From positions 23,689 through 87,688 of the forward strand of contig JACRAT010000034.1 in assembly GCA_016234685.1 (NCBI GenBank): DNA of 64,000 nucleotides. The letters run 5' to 3'. Positions 38,772-47,936 of the stretch are shown piece after piece. Position 1 is the stretch's first letter; each line of letters opens with the position of its first letter. Under the pieces are notes generated by a model. That model was not told where the DNA came from and searched no databases. It was given only the letters and a program-made list of their open reading frames with translations. The translations under genes and the position numbers were made by a program. Origin of the DNA: Nitrosomonadales bacterium. GTDB lineage: Bacteria; Pseudomonadota; Gammaproteobacteria; Burkholderiales; Gallionellaceae.

Positions 38772-40940
38772 TTAAGCTACCAACCCTTTTTCCGCCTTGC
38801 CCGACACCATCCGTATCATCGACTGCACATCCAGAATCAATGCCACCTCTCCCGTACCGAGGATGGTGGAACCTGCGATCCCCTTGAGATTCCTGAACAC
38901 CCGCCCCAGCGGCTTGATGACGGTCTGGAACTCGCCCAGCAGCTCGTCCACGACCAAACCCACTTTTTGTCCGGCGTACTGCACCACTACCACGTTCTCG
39001 CGGCGCGCAACCGTTCCGCTCACATCGAACAGATCACGCAGACGCAGATACGGCAACACCTGCCCGCGCAGGCTGATGTAGTTGCGCTCGGCAGCGGCAC
39101 GGCGATCCGCTTCGGAAAGTTCGATGCACTCGACCACCATGTCGAGCGGAATGACGAAGGACGAGGCACTGACGCCGACCAAGAATCCGTCGATGATGGC
39201 CAGCGTCAACGGCAAGCGGATGCGCGTGGTCGTGCCCACGCCTTCCTCGCTATCGATGTCCACCGTGCCGCGCAGCGCTTGAATGTTGCGGCGCACCACA
39301 TCCATACCGACGCCGCGACCGGAGAGATTGGTCACTTGCTCGGCAGTGGAAAAACCCGGTTCGAAGATGAGATTGAACACTTCGCTGTCGGAAAGGTTCT
39401 GCCCCTCCGCGATCAGGCCGCGCTCCAGCGCCTTGCGCAGGATGCGCTCACGGCTCAGCCCGCCGCCGTCGTCGCTGACTTCGATGACGATGCTGCCAGA
39501 ATCGTGGAAGGCGTTGAGTTGCAGCGTACCCTTGGCCGGTTTCCCGCGCTGCAAACGCAGCTCGGCCACTTCGATGCCGTGATCCATCGAGTTGCGCACC
39601 AAGTGCATCAATGGGTCGCCGATCTTCTCGACCACGGTCTTGTCCAGCTCGGTATCCGCACCGGAGATCTCCAGCCCGATGTCCTTGCCCAACTCTTTGG
39701 ACACATCGCGCACCACGCGCTGGAAGCGGCTGAAGGTCTCGCCGATCTCGACCATGCGCAACTTGAGTGCGCCGTCGCGGATCTCTTCGACCAGACCGGA
39801 CACCACCGAAGTGGCTTCCATCATCGCGCCATCCTTGGTGCGGCGTGCCAGCAGGTTGGCCGACGCCCCGGCGATAACCAATTCGCCCACCAGATTGATG
39901 AGCTCGTCCAGCTTGTCGGCGTGAACGCGCACAAAGCGGGCTTCCTGCGACTTGGCGTCCTTGCCTTGCTTTTGCTTTTCCAGCGCAGCGTCCACCACCG
40001 GCTGCGGCACGCAGTGTTGCTCGACCAGAATCTCGCCCAGCGGCGCATCCACTTGACTCTGATTCTTCAGTCCCTGCTCCAGTTCGTTCTGGGTGAGCGC
40101 ACCGCTGGCGACCAGAATCTCCCCCAGCAGTGCCTCTTCTTCCGGCAACGATTTGATCAGGGCGACAAACTCAGCGAGTTTGCTGCCCGGCGGCAGGATG
40201 TGTATCTCACAATCGTCGCGCACGAACTCGAACACGTCCTCTATGGTTTTCTTATCCGCCGCACTGCGGAAGCTGATCTCGAAACCCAGATAACAGGATT
40301 CGGCATCCATCTCTTCCGCGCCGGGCAAGGCATCCGGCAAGGTGGTCAGGCTGGTTATCTCGCCCAGCGTGGCGAGGTAACGGATGAAGGAGAGTGGATC
40401 CATGCCCTGACGCAGCACGTCGCGCCCGAAGCGCAAAGAGATATGCCAAGTGTCGCTGGCGACCTCGCCCCCGCCGCTGCTTTCCAGCTTGGCTGCGGCT
40501 TCGGTGACCTGCCGAGGCGCGGCTTTTTCGGCGCTCTTGACCAGCGCGCCGGGAAAGAAACGCAACAGGCTAGTCCCCAACTGTTCGCCACGACTGTGCT
40601 TGTCCGCCGCCAACTCTTCGCCACCGCCGTGGGCGTGCTCGACCAAGTCTTCGATGTGGTCGCGGCATTGCAGCAGTTCCGCCACCAGATCGCTAGTGAT
40701 GCGCACTTCGCCGTCACGCACCTTGTCGAGCAGATTCTCCACGGTGTGGGTGAACTTCACGATGAAATCCAGCCCGAACATGCCAGCCGAACCCTTGATG
40801 GTGTGGGCGGCGCGGAACACCGCGTTGATCGCCTCGTTGTCCTCCGGGCTGGATTCCAAAAACAGCAGCATCTCTTCCATCTGCTGAAGCAGTTCACGGC
40901 TCTCAGCGAAGAAAGTCTGTAAAGCCTGATCCAAACTCAT
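38772..40940 (-). CDS. cheA: Chemotaxis histidine kinase CheA
   Basis: FRAAHTIKG Hpt, LINLVGELVI, HLVRNSMDHG, SGRGVGMDVV, C-terminal CheW-like domain. Confidence 0.97.
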   Translation of the reverse strand: MSLDQALQTFFAESRELLQQMEEMLLFLESSPEDNEAINAVFRAAHTIKGSAGMFGLDFIVKFTHTVENLLDKVRDGEVRITSDLVAELLQCRDHIEDLVEHAHGGGEELAADKHSRGEQLGTSLLRFFPGALVKSAEKAAPRQVTEAAAKLESSGGGEVASDTWHISLRFGRDVLRQGMDPLSFIRYLATLGEITSLTTLPDALPGAEEMDAESCYLGFEISFRSAADKKTIEDVFEFVRDDCEIHILPPGSKLAEFVALIKSLPEEEALLGEILVASGALTQNELEQGLKNQSQVDAPLGEILVEQHCVPQPVVDAALEKQKQGKDAKSQEARFVRVHADKLDELINLVGELVIAGASANLLARRTKDGAMMEATSVVSGLVEEIRDGALKLRMVEIGETFSRFQRVVRDVSKELGKDIGLEISGADTELDKTVVEKIGDPLMHLVRNSMDHGIEVAELRLQRGKPAKGTLQLNAFHDSGSIVIEVSDDGGGLSRERILRKALERGLIAEGQNLSDSEVFNLIFEPGFSTAEQVTNLSGRGVGMDVVRRNIQALRGTVDIDSEEGVGTTTRIRLPLTLAIIDGFLVGVSASSFVIPLDMVVECIELSEADRRAAAERNYISLRGQVLPYLRLRDLFDVSGTVARRENVVVVQYAGQKVGLVVDELLGEFQTVIKPLGRVFRNLKGIAGSTILGTGEVALILDVQSMIRMVSGKAEKGLVA

Positions 40941-41266
40941 GCTGCACCTCCTTGCCGAGTCAGAAACACCGGGTCGCCAAAATAGCTGCCCATGTTGTAC
41001 AGATCGAGCACATCCAGCGTCGCCGGGCTATGCGCCACCAGCCGTAACGGCTTACCCTGCTTGGCCGCTTCGCGCTTGGCCAACAGCAGCAACTGAAAAC
41101 CGGCGGTATCCATCTCGCTCACGCCGGAGAGGTTGATCTCGATCTCCGCGCCGCCCTGCATTCCGGCGATCAGCGCGTCTTTCAACTCGGCTGCACAGTA
41201 GATGCTCATCTCCCCTTCGGGATAGAGCCGTACTTGGCCGTTTTCCTGTTCGACACGGATGGGCAT
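40937..41266 (-). CDS. STAS domain protein
   Basis: GEMSIY.AAELK, LSGVSEMDTAGFQLL; sits between cheY and cheA. Confidence 0.9.
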   Translation of the reverse strand: MPIRVEQENGQVRLYPEGEMSIYCAAELKDALIAGMQGGAEIEINLSGVSEMDTAGFQLLLLAKREAAKQGKPLRLVAHSPATLDVLDLYNMGSYFGDPVFLTRQGGAA

Positions 41267-41276
41267 GAGCGTCCCC

Positions 41277-41645
41277 TCAGGGCATGATGAGCTTGGAGAC
41301 GGCGCCCAACATCTGCGCAGGCTGGAACGGCTTGACCACCCAAGCCTTGGCACCCGCCGCCTGTCCGGCCTGCTTCTTCGACTCTTGCACTTCGGTGGTC
41401 AGCATGATGACCGGGACGAATTTGAATTCCGGTATCTTCTTAACTTCGGTGACGAAGGTGATGCCATCCATGTTCGGCATATTCACGTCGCTGATGATGA
41501 GGTGGACTTTCCTGCCGCGTATCTTGGCCAGCGCATCCACGCCGTCACAGGCTTCGATCAAGTCGTACCCCGCCGCCCGCAAGGTAATTGCCACCAACTG
41601 GCGCATACTGGCCGAGTCGTCCACGATCAAGATTGTTTTGGCCAT
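41277..41645 (-). CDS. cheY: Chemotaxis response regulator CheY
   Basis: ILIVDDSASMRQ, SDVNMPNMDG, LTTE, WVVKPF. Confidence 0.93.
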   Translation of the reverse strand: MAKTILIVDDSASMRQLVAITLRAAGYDLIEACDGVDALAKIRGRKVHLIISDVNMPNMDGITFVTEVKKIPEFKFVPVIMLTTEVQESKKQAGQAAGAKAWVVKPFQPAQMLGAVSKLIMP

Positions 41646-41658
41646 TGCTGTCTCCTAA

Positions 41659-42849
41659 CTAGAAAAATGTGATTTCGGTTTCTTTGGGGGCGGAACTGCT
41701 GCCGCTGCCGGCGTGATTGGTGCGCTGCTCTTCCGTGGTGTAAGTGGCTTGCAGCTCTTGTAGCCAACTCATGGCATCCAGTGCCCCGCCCCCCTGACTT
41801 TCGTACGCCAGCAACAAGGCTTCCAGCTTGGCGATGTCCTGCTGCACGTGAGTCAGCATCTGGCTGACCCGATCCTGAAACTGCATGGAGACCAGCACAT
41901 CTTCGACCTCGCGGTGTATCTCGTGGCCTTCGCGCTGCATGACCTCGGCAGATTCGGCGAGATGCGAACTTGCCGCGCCGAACTCATCCAACACGCTCTG
42001 CACCACCACTTTGGCGTTGCTGATCATGTCCAGATCCATCTTGGCGTAATTGTCCGCCGCCTGTTTGGTGGCCAGAATAGCGTTGTTGATGAGCGTGACC
42101 TTCTCGCTGATGCGTTTGCCGGTGGCCCCGGACATGCCGGACAGTTTGCGTACTTCGTCCGCAACCACCGCGAAACCACGCCCGGACTCGCCCGCCCGCG
42201 CCGCCTCGATGGCGGCATTCAGCGCCAGCAGATTGGTGCGATCAGCGATGTCTCCGACATCCGCCGCCATCTTCTTCAGCTCGGCGGTGAATTGGGCCAG
42301 GCCGGACACTTCGTCCAGCATGGAACGCTTGCTGTCCACCGCCACTTCCAGCGAGCGGATGATGTCGCCCAAGCGCGACTGGCTGCGCTCCAGCACATCC
42401 ACCATGCCGCCACCCATGCCGCCCGCCGTATCGCGGGAAGTCGCCACCGCCACAGAAATCTTTTCGGAGATGCCTTGGAAGCGACGCGACAAAGCAGTGA
42501 TGGCATCCTCGGTCTGCACCTTGGAGGTGTGGATCTGTCGCTCCCAGACCGGCAACACTTGGATACACAGCGCATCCAGCCCTTGCACCGAAGCACTACG
42601 CTGCACTTCGGCATGAGCATCGTTCTGGATGCGATTGGCTTCGACCGCCCGCATCGCCAGCTTGCGCGCCACGCTCTGAGAGAATCCCGCCACGAACAGC
42701 GAGCCGCCCAACACCAACGCCGCGCCTACATAATTCGCCACCCCGCCGCTCGCCAACAGGAATCCATCCGCCAGCAAAGCCAGACCGATGACGTAGCTCC
42801 AAATCTCTCCGCCTCCCGAAGATTCAAGCGACCGTTCTGCGCTGCCCAT
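41659..42849 (-). CDS. Short MCP lacking a periplasmic sensor
   Basis: Two adjacent TMs, [37 protein letters not shown], ends EITFF. Confidence 0.92.
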   Translation of the reverse strand: MGSAERSLESSGGGEIWSYVIGLALLADGFLLASGGVANYVGAALVLGGSLFVAGFSQSVARKLAMRAVEANRIQNDAHAEVQRSASVQGLDALCIQVLPVWERQIHTSKVQTEDAITALSRRFQGISEKISVAVATSRDTAGGMGGGMVDVLERSQSRLGDIIRSLEVAVDSKRSMLDEVSGLAQFTAELKKMAADVGDIADRTNLLALNAAIEAARAGESGRGFAVVADEVRKLSGMSGATGKRISEKVTLINNAILATKQAADNYAKMDLDMISNAKVVVQSVLDEFGAASSHLAESAEVMQREGHEIHREVEDVLVSMQFQDRVSQMLTHVQQDIAKLEALLLAYESQGGGALDAMSWLQELQATYTTEEQRTNHAGSGSSSAPKETEITFF

Positions 42850-43210
42850 TTTCGCCCTCCTGTTGTGTCAGTTCCCGTATCACCTGCAACATCTTTTCCA
42901 TATCCAGCGATTTGTCGAAAAAGCGATAAGCCCCACCCGCCATACAGCGGCGCTGGTAAAAGATGTGATTGGTGATGAATATGGTCAGCGCAGCGGAGTG
43001 CCGCTCTTGGATGAACTGCAAGAGATCGAGCCCGTTGCCACCCGGCAACTGCACATCGGTCACCACCAGCTCAGGATTGAACTCGGCGAAACACTGCCGA
43101 GCTTGATCGAGGCTGGAAACATGCCTGACACTCAAGCCAGACAGCCCCTCGAACAACTGGGAGATGCGCGCCCTGACCGCATCCGACTGCTCGACCAACA
43201 ATAACTTCAT
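42824..43210 (-). CDS. Single-domain response regulator
   Basis: LLLVEQS...[14 protein letters not shown]...FFDKS. Confidence 0.85.
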   Translation of the reverse strand: MKLLLVEQSDAVRARISQLFEGLSGLSVRHVSSLDQARQCFAEFNPELVVTDVQLPGGNGLDLLQFIQERHSAALTIFITNHIFYQRRCMAGGAYRFFDKSLDMEKMLQVIRELTQQEGENGQRRTVA

Positions 43211-43332
43211 GTCCACTCCCTCCGGCTATGCTCCACACAGGAACGCTGCCCCATGTAGTGCATGATGCCGGTTTTAGGAAAGCAGAAATATCAGACTAAA
43301 GCGGTTGGGTACTAGGCTTGGCGGGAGTTATT

Positions 43333-43350
43333 TGTAGGATGATTCCTACA
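43333..43350. promoter_or_regulatory. 18-bp palindrome, candidate NarL/GacA-type regulator box upstream of the che operon
   Basis: TGTAGGA-TGAT-TCCTACA, a perfect 7-4-7 inverted repeat. Confidence 0.6.
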
Positions 43351-43402
43351 TGTATTCGGGGGGAAGCTGATTTAGCTCGAAGCGGGCTACAAGCTAGAAG
43401 TT

Positions 43403-44041
43403 TCAGAGCACCTCTCCGGCCAGTCCGTGTTTGATGGCATAGCGCACCAGCTCTGCGTTGCTGTCGATCTGGAGTTTTTGCATCAGCCGCACTTTATGGG
43501 TGCTGATGGTCTTGGCGCTGAGACACAGTTCGGCGGCGATGTCGGCGCTCTGCGCGCCTTTGACCAGCATCTGGAAGATCTGGAACTCCCGATTGGACAG
43601 CGATTCATGCAGGGGGCGCTCGTCGGTGGTGATATTGATGACCATCGCATCGACCAGTGCAGGATCCATGAACTTGCGGCCTGCCACCACTTTGCGGATC
43701 GCCAACAGCAAAATCTCCGGCTCACTATCTTTGGTGACATAGCCGCAAGCGCCCGCCTTGAACGCACGGGTGACGATCTGGCTCTCGTTGTGCATGGAGA
43801 GCACCAGCACCGGCACGCCGGGATGCTCCTGCTTCACCCGGCGGATCAGATCGACGCCACTGATGCCGGGCATGGACATATCCAACAGTAGCAAGCTGGG
43901 GTTCAGCGTGCGCAACTTGTCCAACAGGTCGGCGCCGTTGATGGCCTCGCCCACCACCGTCATATCGGTCGTGGTGTCGATGATCTGCTTCAAGCCACTG
44001 CGCACGATGGCATGGTCGTCTGCCAGCATGATCCGTATCAT
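43403..44041 (-). CDS. NarL/FixJ (UvrY-like) DNA-binding response regulator
   Basis: IMLADDHAIVR, LLDMSMPG, LuxR HTH (LSNREFQI...IA.EL.LS.KT.ST). Confidence 0.95.
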   Translation of the reverse strand: MIRIMLADDHAIVRSGLKQIIDTTTDMTVVGEAINGADLLDKLRTLNPSLLLLDMSMPGISGVDLIRRVKQEHPGVPVLVLSMHNESQIVTRAFKAGACGYVTKDSEPEILLLAIRKVVAGRKFMDPALVDAMVINITTDERPLHESLSNREFQIFQMLVKGAQSADIAAELCLSAKTISTHKVRLMQKLQIDSNAELVRYAIKHGLAGEVL

Positions 44042-46266
44042 TTTTTGCTTCCCCGTTCTATCAGCGGTATGGAAATCGACACGCAAGCCCCCGTGCCCGG
44101 CGTGTTGTTGATCTTGATCGTGCCATCCAGCATCAGCACCCGCTCACGGATGCCGAGCAGGCCAAAGGTATTGCGCCGCCGGTTGGCCGAATCGAAACCG
44201 CGCCCATTATCCTGCACTTTGAGATGCAAGCTACGCCCTCGACGCCACAAGCGTATCTCCACCTTGCTGGCTTGCGCGTGGCGCGCCACATTGGTCAGCG
44301 ATTCCTGCATCACGCGGAACACCGTGGTCGCCTGCATATCATCCAGCGCGACATCCATATCCTGAATCACCAGTTCGCACTTCACCCCGGAGTGATGGGT
44401 AAAGTCTTCCGCCAGCCATTCCAGAGCGGGGACGATACCCAGATTCAGCGCCGCCGGGCGTAGGTTACTGGCGACGTGGCGCACCACGGAGATAGTCTTT
44501 TCCACCAACTGGCGCATCCCATCGGCATGTTCCAGCAGATTGGGCACGTCGCCGAAACGCAGACGCAGCAGGGAGACATCCATCTTCAGCGCAGTCAGCA
44601 ACTGGCCGAGTTCGTCATGCACCTCACGGGCGATGTGCGCCCGCTCTTCTTCGCGGATCAGCTCCTGATGCGCCGCCAGCTTGCGCAGCCTTTCCTTGGA
44701 ATGCAGCAGCGCCTCTTCGTGCTTCTTCAGTTCGGTGATGTCTTGTGTCGTCCCCACGCCCCGCACCAAGCGCCCCTCGGCATCGAATTCCAGTTCGGCC
44801 CGTTCGCGCACCCATTTCACGCGCCCCTTCATCTGAATGCGATGCTGGATGTCGTAAGGCTCGCCGCGCATCCCAGCCTGCCAGGCGCGATCCACCTTTT
44901 CCACATCACTCGGATGAACACAATCGAGAAAGGTTTGATAGTTCAGCGGCGTACCCTTCTCGACCCCAAAGATGCGGTAATTCTCGTCCGACCAGTTCAG
45001 CACATTGTGCTGGATGTCCAGCCACCAACTCCCCAGATTCGCCTGAGCCTGCGCGCTGGCCAGACTGGCCTCACTCTCGCGCAACCGGTTTTCGGCCTCC
45101 TTGCGCGCGGTGATGTCCAGCACCTGCCCGATGAAATACAGCGGCGCGCCATGTGCGTCGCGCACCAGCGCCACCGCCACCAAAGCCCACAGATCCGCAC
45201 CACTCTTGTGGCGATAACGCTTTTCCAATTGAAACGAAGGACTGTCGCCCTGCAACACCCGCTGCAAGCTCGACTCGCTTATTTCCCTGTCATCAGGATG
45301 AGTGATGTCCTGTACCGACATGGCAAGCATCTCTTCATCGGAGTAACCGAAGGTACGGCACAAGGCCTGATTCACCCCCAGAAAGCGTCCACGCGGATCG
45401 CACAATGCCATGCCGACCGCCGCCGAATCGAACACACTCTGGAAAAATTCGCGGTTGACGCGCACAGTCTCCTGCGCGTGATAACGCTCGGTGATGTCTT
45501 CGTCGATGACGATCACGCCGCAGACCTGATGCGCGGTATCGCGCAGTGGAACCGCCGAGTTAAGAATGATCTTGTGCGTACCATCGGCACATTCGATCTC
45601 GACGACCTCGCCCAACACCGTCGCCCCCTGACTCAGGGCACGCGCCAGAGCCCGTTCGCCCGGTTCGATACGCTTGCCCGACAAGGCGCGCCATCCCTTG
45701 AATTGACCATTCAGCCCGGCGCAATCGACCCCTCCCCAGATGCGACGGCTAGCAGGATTGCCATGCGTGATCCGCCCCTCCCGATCCGCCGTTGACACGC
45801 CGACCGGCAGCGCATCCAACACCTTGCGCAACAAGGCCTCGCTGGCAAGATGCTCTCGCTCCATGCGCCTCTGCACGGAAATATCGGTAAAGACCACCAC
45901 GCCGCCGATGATCTGCCCCTGTTCACCCAGAATCGGACGCCCGGTCACGCTCACCGCGCTACCGCTGCCATCCGGGCGCTTGACGTACAACTCGACGCTA
46001 TCCGGCAACTCCCCGCGCAACACCCGCGCCAGCGGGATCTCGCCCGGTGCGCACGGTGTCACCTCATCCGGCAGGAAGATGCCGTAACGCGCGCCCCAGC
46101 CGTCCGGCAACCCCTCCGATAGTCCCATGCCATGCAGACGCTCCGCCGCCTTGTTGAATTTGAGCACCCGCCCCTCCGCATCGGCCACCACCACGGCTTC
46201 CGCCATACTGTCCAGAATCAGCCGCTGTATCTGCTCGTCGCCACCTTGCATCAAAAGATTCACCAT
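44038..46266 (-). CDS. Multi-PAS sensor histidine kinase (HisKA_3 / NarX-UhpB class)
   Basis: Four PAS domains, EERAHIAREVHDELGQ, QESLTNVARHA, DNGRGF. The start is uncertain (46266 or nearby). Confidence 0.93.
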   Translation of the reverse strand: MVNLLMQGGDEQIQRLILDSMAEAVVVADAEGRVLKFNKAAERLHGMGLSEGLPDGWGARYGIFLPDEVTPCAPGEIPLARVLRGELPDSVELYVKRPDGSGSAVSVTGRPILGEQGQIIGGVVVFTDISVQRRMEREHLASEALLRKVLDALPVGVSTADREGRITHGNPASRRIWGGVDCAGLNGQFKGWRALSGKRIEPGERALARALSQGATVLGEVVEIECADGTHKIILNSAVPLRDTAHQVCGVIVIDEDITERYHAQETVRVNREFFQSVFDSAAVGMALCDPRGRFLGVNQALCRTFGYSDEEMLAMSVQDITHPDDREISESSLQRVLQGDSPSFQLEKRYRHKSGADLWALVAVALVRDAHGAPLYFIGQVLDITARKEAENRLRESEASLASAQAQANLGSWWLDIQHNVLNWSDENYRIFGVEKGTPLNYQTFLDCVHPSDVEKVDRAWQAGMRGEPYDIQHRIQMKGRVKWVRERAELEFDAEGRLVRGVGTTQDITELKKHEEALLHSKERLRKLAAHQELIREEERAHIAREVHDELGQLLTALKMDVSLLRLRFGDVPNLLEHADGMRQLVEKTISVVRHVASNLRPAALNLGIVPALEWLAEDFTHHSGVKCELVIQDMDVALDDMQATTVFRVMQESLTNVARHAQASKVEIRLWRRGRSLHLKVQDNGRGFDSANRRRNTFGLLGIRERVLMLDGTIKINNTPGTGACVSISIPLIERGSKK

Positions 46267-46573
46267 CCCCGCCTTCGCTCCCGCCCACTGTCTTGCTGCG
46301 CATGGTACGCCAGCGACTCCCAGCCTCCAAGCCGCCCTGCTCATGCGTTATCCCAAGTGCTCGATCTGCCCGTTCAGACAGGGAAAATCGACACTCTCTC
46401 CATTGCCATTTTTTCCTTCTGCCAGAATCGCTTCCGTGCATCACTCAGGAACAATGCACACCCTTGTTTTTTCCCGACCAGACTTCTCGGAATTTGGTAC
46501 ATTTCTCCCCTGCAAGCCACTTGGCTGAGCCGGTATGCAGCAAGTCCCAAACCCCGACTTTCTCCCTGAGATT

Positions 46574-47866
46574 ATGACAAACGAATCGCAACATCCCGCA
46601 GCCAGAAACGAACGTATTCTGGTCGTAGACGACAGCCCAGTGATGTGCAAGGTGGTCAAATCCGCCCTTGAAAGCGTATTGGATCTGCCCGTCGATTGCG
46701 CCGCTTCGCTGGACGAATGTCGCGCTTTGCTGGCAAAGCACGCCGGGCAATATCCGATCGCCGTGGTCGATCTCAGCCTGCCCGACGCGCCGGATGGCGA
46801 AGCGGTGGATGTGGTGTTGGGCGCGAACATCGCGACCATCGTGCTGACAGCCAGCCTCGACCAGAAACTGCATGAACACATCACCCGCAAACCCATCTCC
46901 GATTACGTCATCAAGCAATCACCCGGCGCGATCGAGACGGTGCAAAAAGACGTGGTGCGCATCTTGCGCAACCGGGGACGCAAAGCGCTAGTGGTGGACG
47001 ACAGCGCCTCGTTCAGAATGTACCTGAAAGTCATCCTTGAGACGCAGCGCCTGCAAGTGCTCGAAGCCCCCGACGGCAAAGCGGCGCTCGACATCATCGA
47101 ACAGAACGAGATCGCCCTCGTCATCACCGATTTCGAGATGCCGCAGATGGATGGCGTGGCGCTCACCGCGCGGCTGCGCAGCCAGCATCCCTCCTCGCAA
47201 GTCGGCGCGATCGGGCTGACCGGTTCGGGCGACACTTTCGTCGGCGTGCGTTTTCTCAAGGCGGGCGCGAACGACATCGTGCGCAAACCCTTCCTTGCAG
47301 AAGAGTTCGTCGGGCGACTCAACAACTGCCTCGACCATCTCGACGACATTCAAACCATACAAGATCAAGCCAACCGCGATTACCTGACCAAACTGCACAA
47401 CCGCCGCTACTTCTTCGAGACCGCCGTGCCGCTGTTCAACAGTGCGCGGCGCGGACATCTGCGACTGTCGGCGGGTATGGTCGACATCGACTTCTTCAAG
47501 CGCATCAACGACACCTATGGCCACGATGTGGGCGACATCGCCATCGTCAGCGTCGCTCAGGCGCTGAAGGCCTCGTTCCGGGGAACCGACATCGTAGCGC
47601 GCATGGGCGGCGAAGAATTCTGCGTACTGCTGGTGAACGCCGAGTCGCCGATAGAAGTGTTCGAACGCTTGCGCCAACGCATCGCTGCCATCCAGATCCC
47701 GTTGGAGAACGGCGAGATCCTGCGCTTCACCGCCAGCATAGGCGTGTGCGCCACGCTGGGTAACTCGCTGGAAGAGATGGTGAATTCCGCCGATGCCGGG
47801 CTGTACGCAGCCAAACATGGCGGACGAAATCGGGTCGCGCTGTTTGAAAAGCATCAGCCCGAGTAA
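46574..47866 (+). CDS. REC-REC-GGDEF diguanylate cyclase (PleD-like architecture)
   Basis: Two receiver domains, RGTD I-site, RMGGEEF. Confidence 0.93.
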   Translation: MTNESQHPAARNERILVVDDSPVMCKVVKSALESVLDLPVDCAASLDECRALLAKHAGQYPIAVVDLSLPDAPDGEAVDVVLGANIATIVLTASLDQKLHEHITRKPISDYVIKQSPGAIETVQKDVVRILRNRGRKALVVDDSASFRMYLKVILETQRLQVLEAPDGKAALDIIEQNEIALVITDFEMPQMDGVALTARLRSQHPSSQVGAIGLTGSGDTFVGVRFLKAGANDIVRKPFLAEEFVGRLNNCLDHLDDIQTIQDQANRDYLTKLHNRRYFFETAVPLFNSARRGHLRLSAGMVDIDFFKRINDTYGHDVGDIAIVSVAQALKASFRGTDIVARMGGEEFCVLLVNAESPIEVFERLRQRIAAIQIPLENGEILRFTASIGVCATLGNSLEEMVNSADAGLYAAKHGGRNRVALFEKHQPE

Positions 47867-47936
47867 ATGGGCAAGGCATCAACCCGCGCCTAGCGGGCAA
47901 TAAAACTAGAACTATAAAAACCGCAGGGGGAGAGAC

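Noticed and set aside
38967-40922. 651-aa plus-strand ORF antisense to cheA
   Set aside because: Shadow ORF from GC-rich codon bias; no recognisable motifs, and it mirrors a well-supported gene.
47870-47910. Sigma-28 promoter upstream of the Aer-like receptor
   Set aside because: The TCAA...GGCAATAA match has the wrong spacing and a weak -10.
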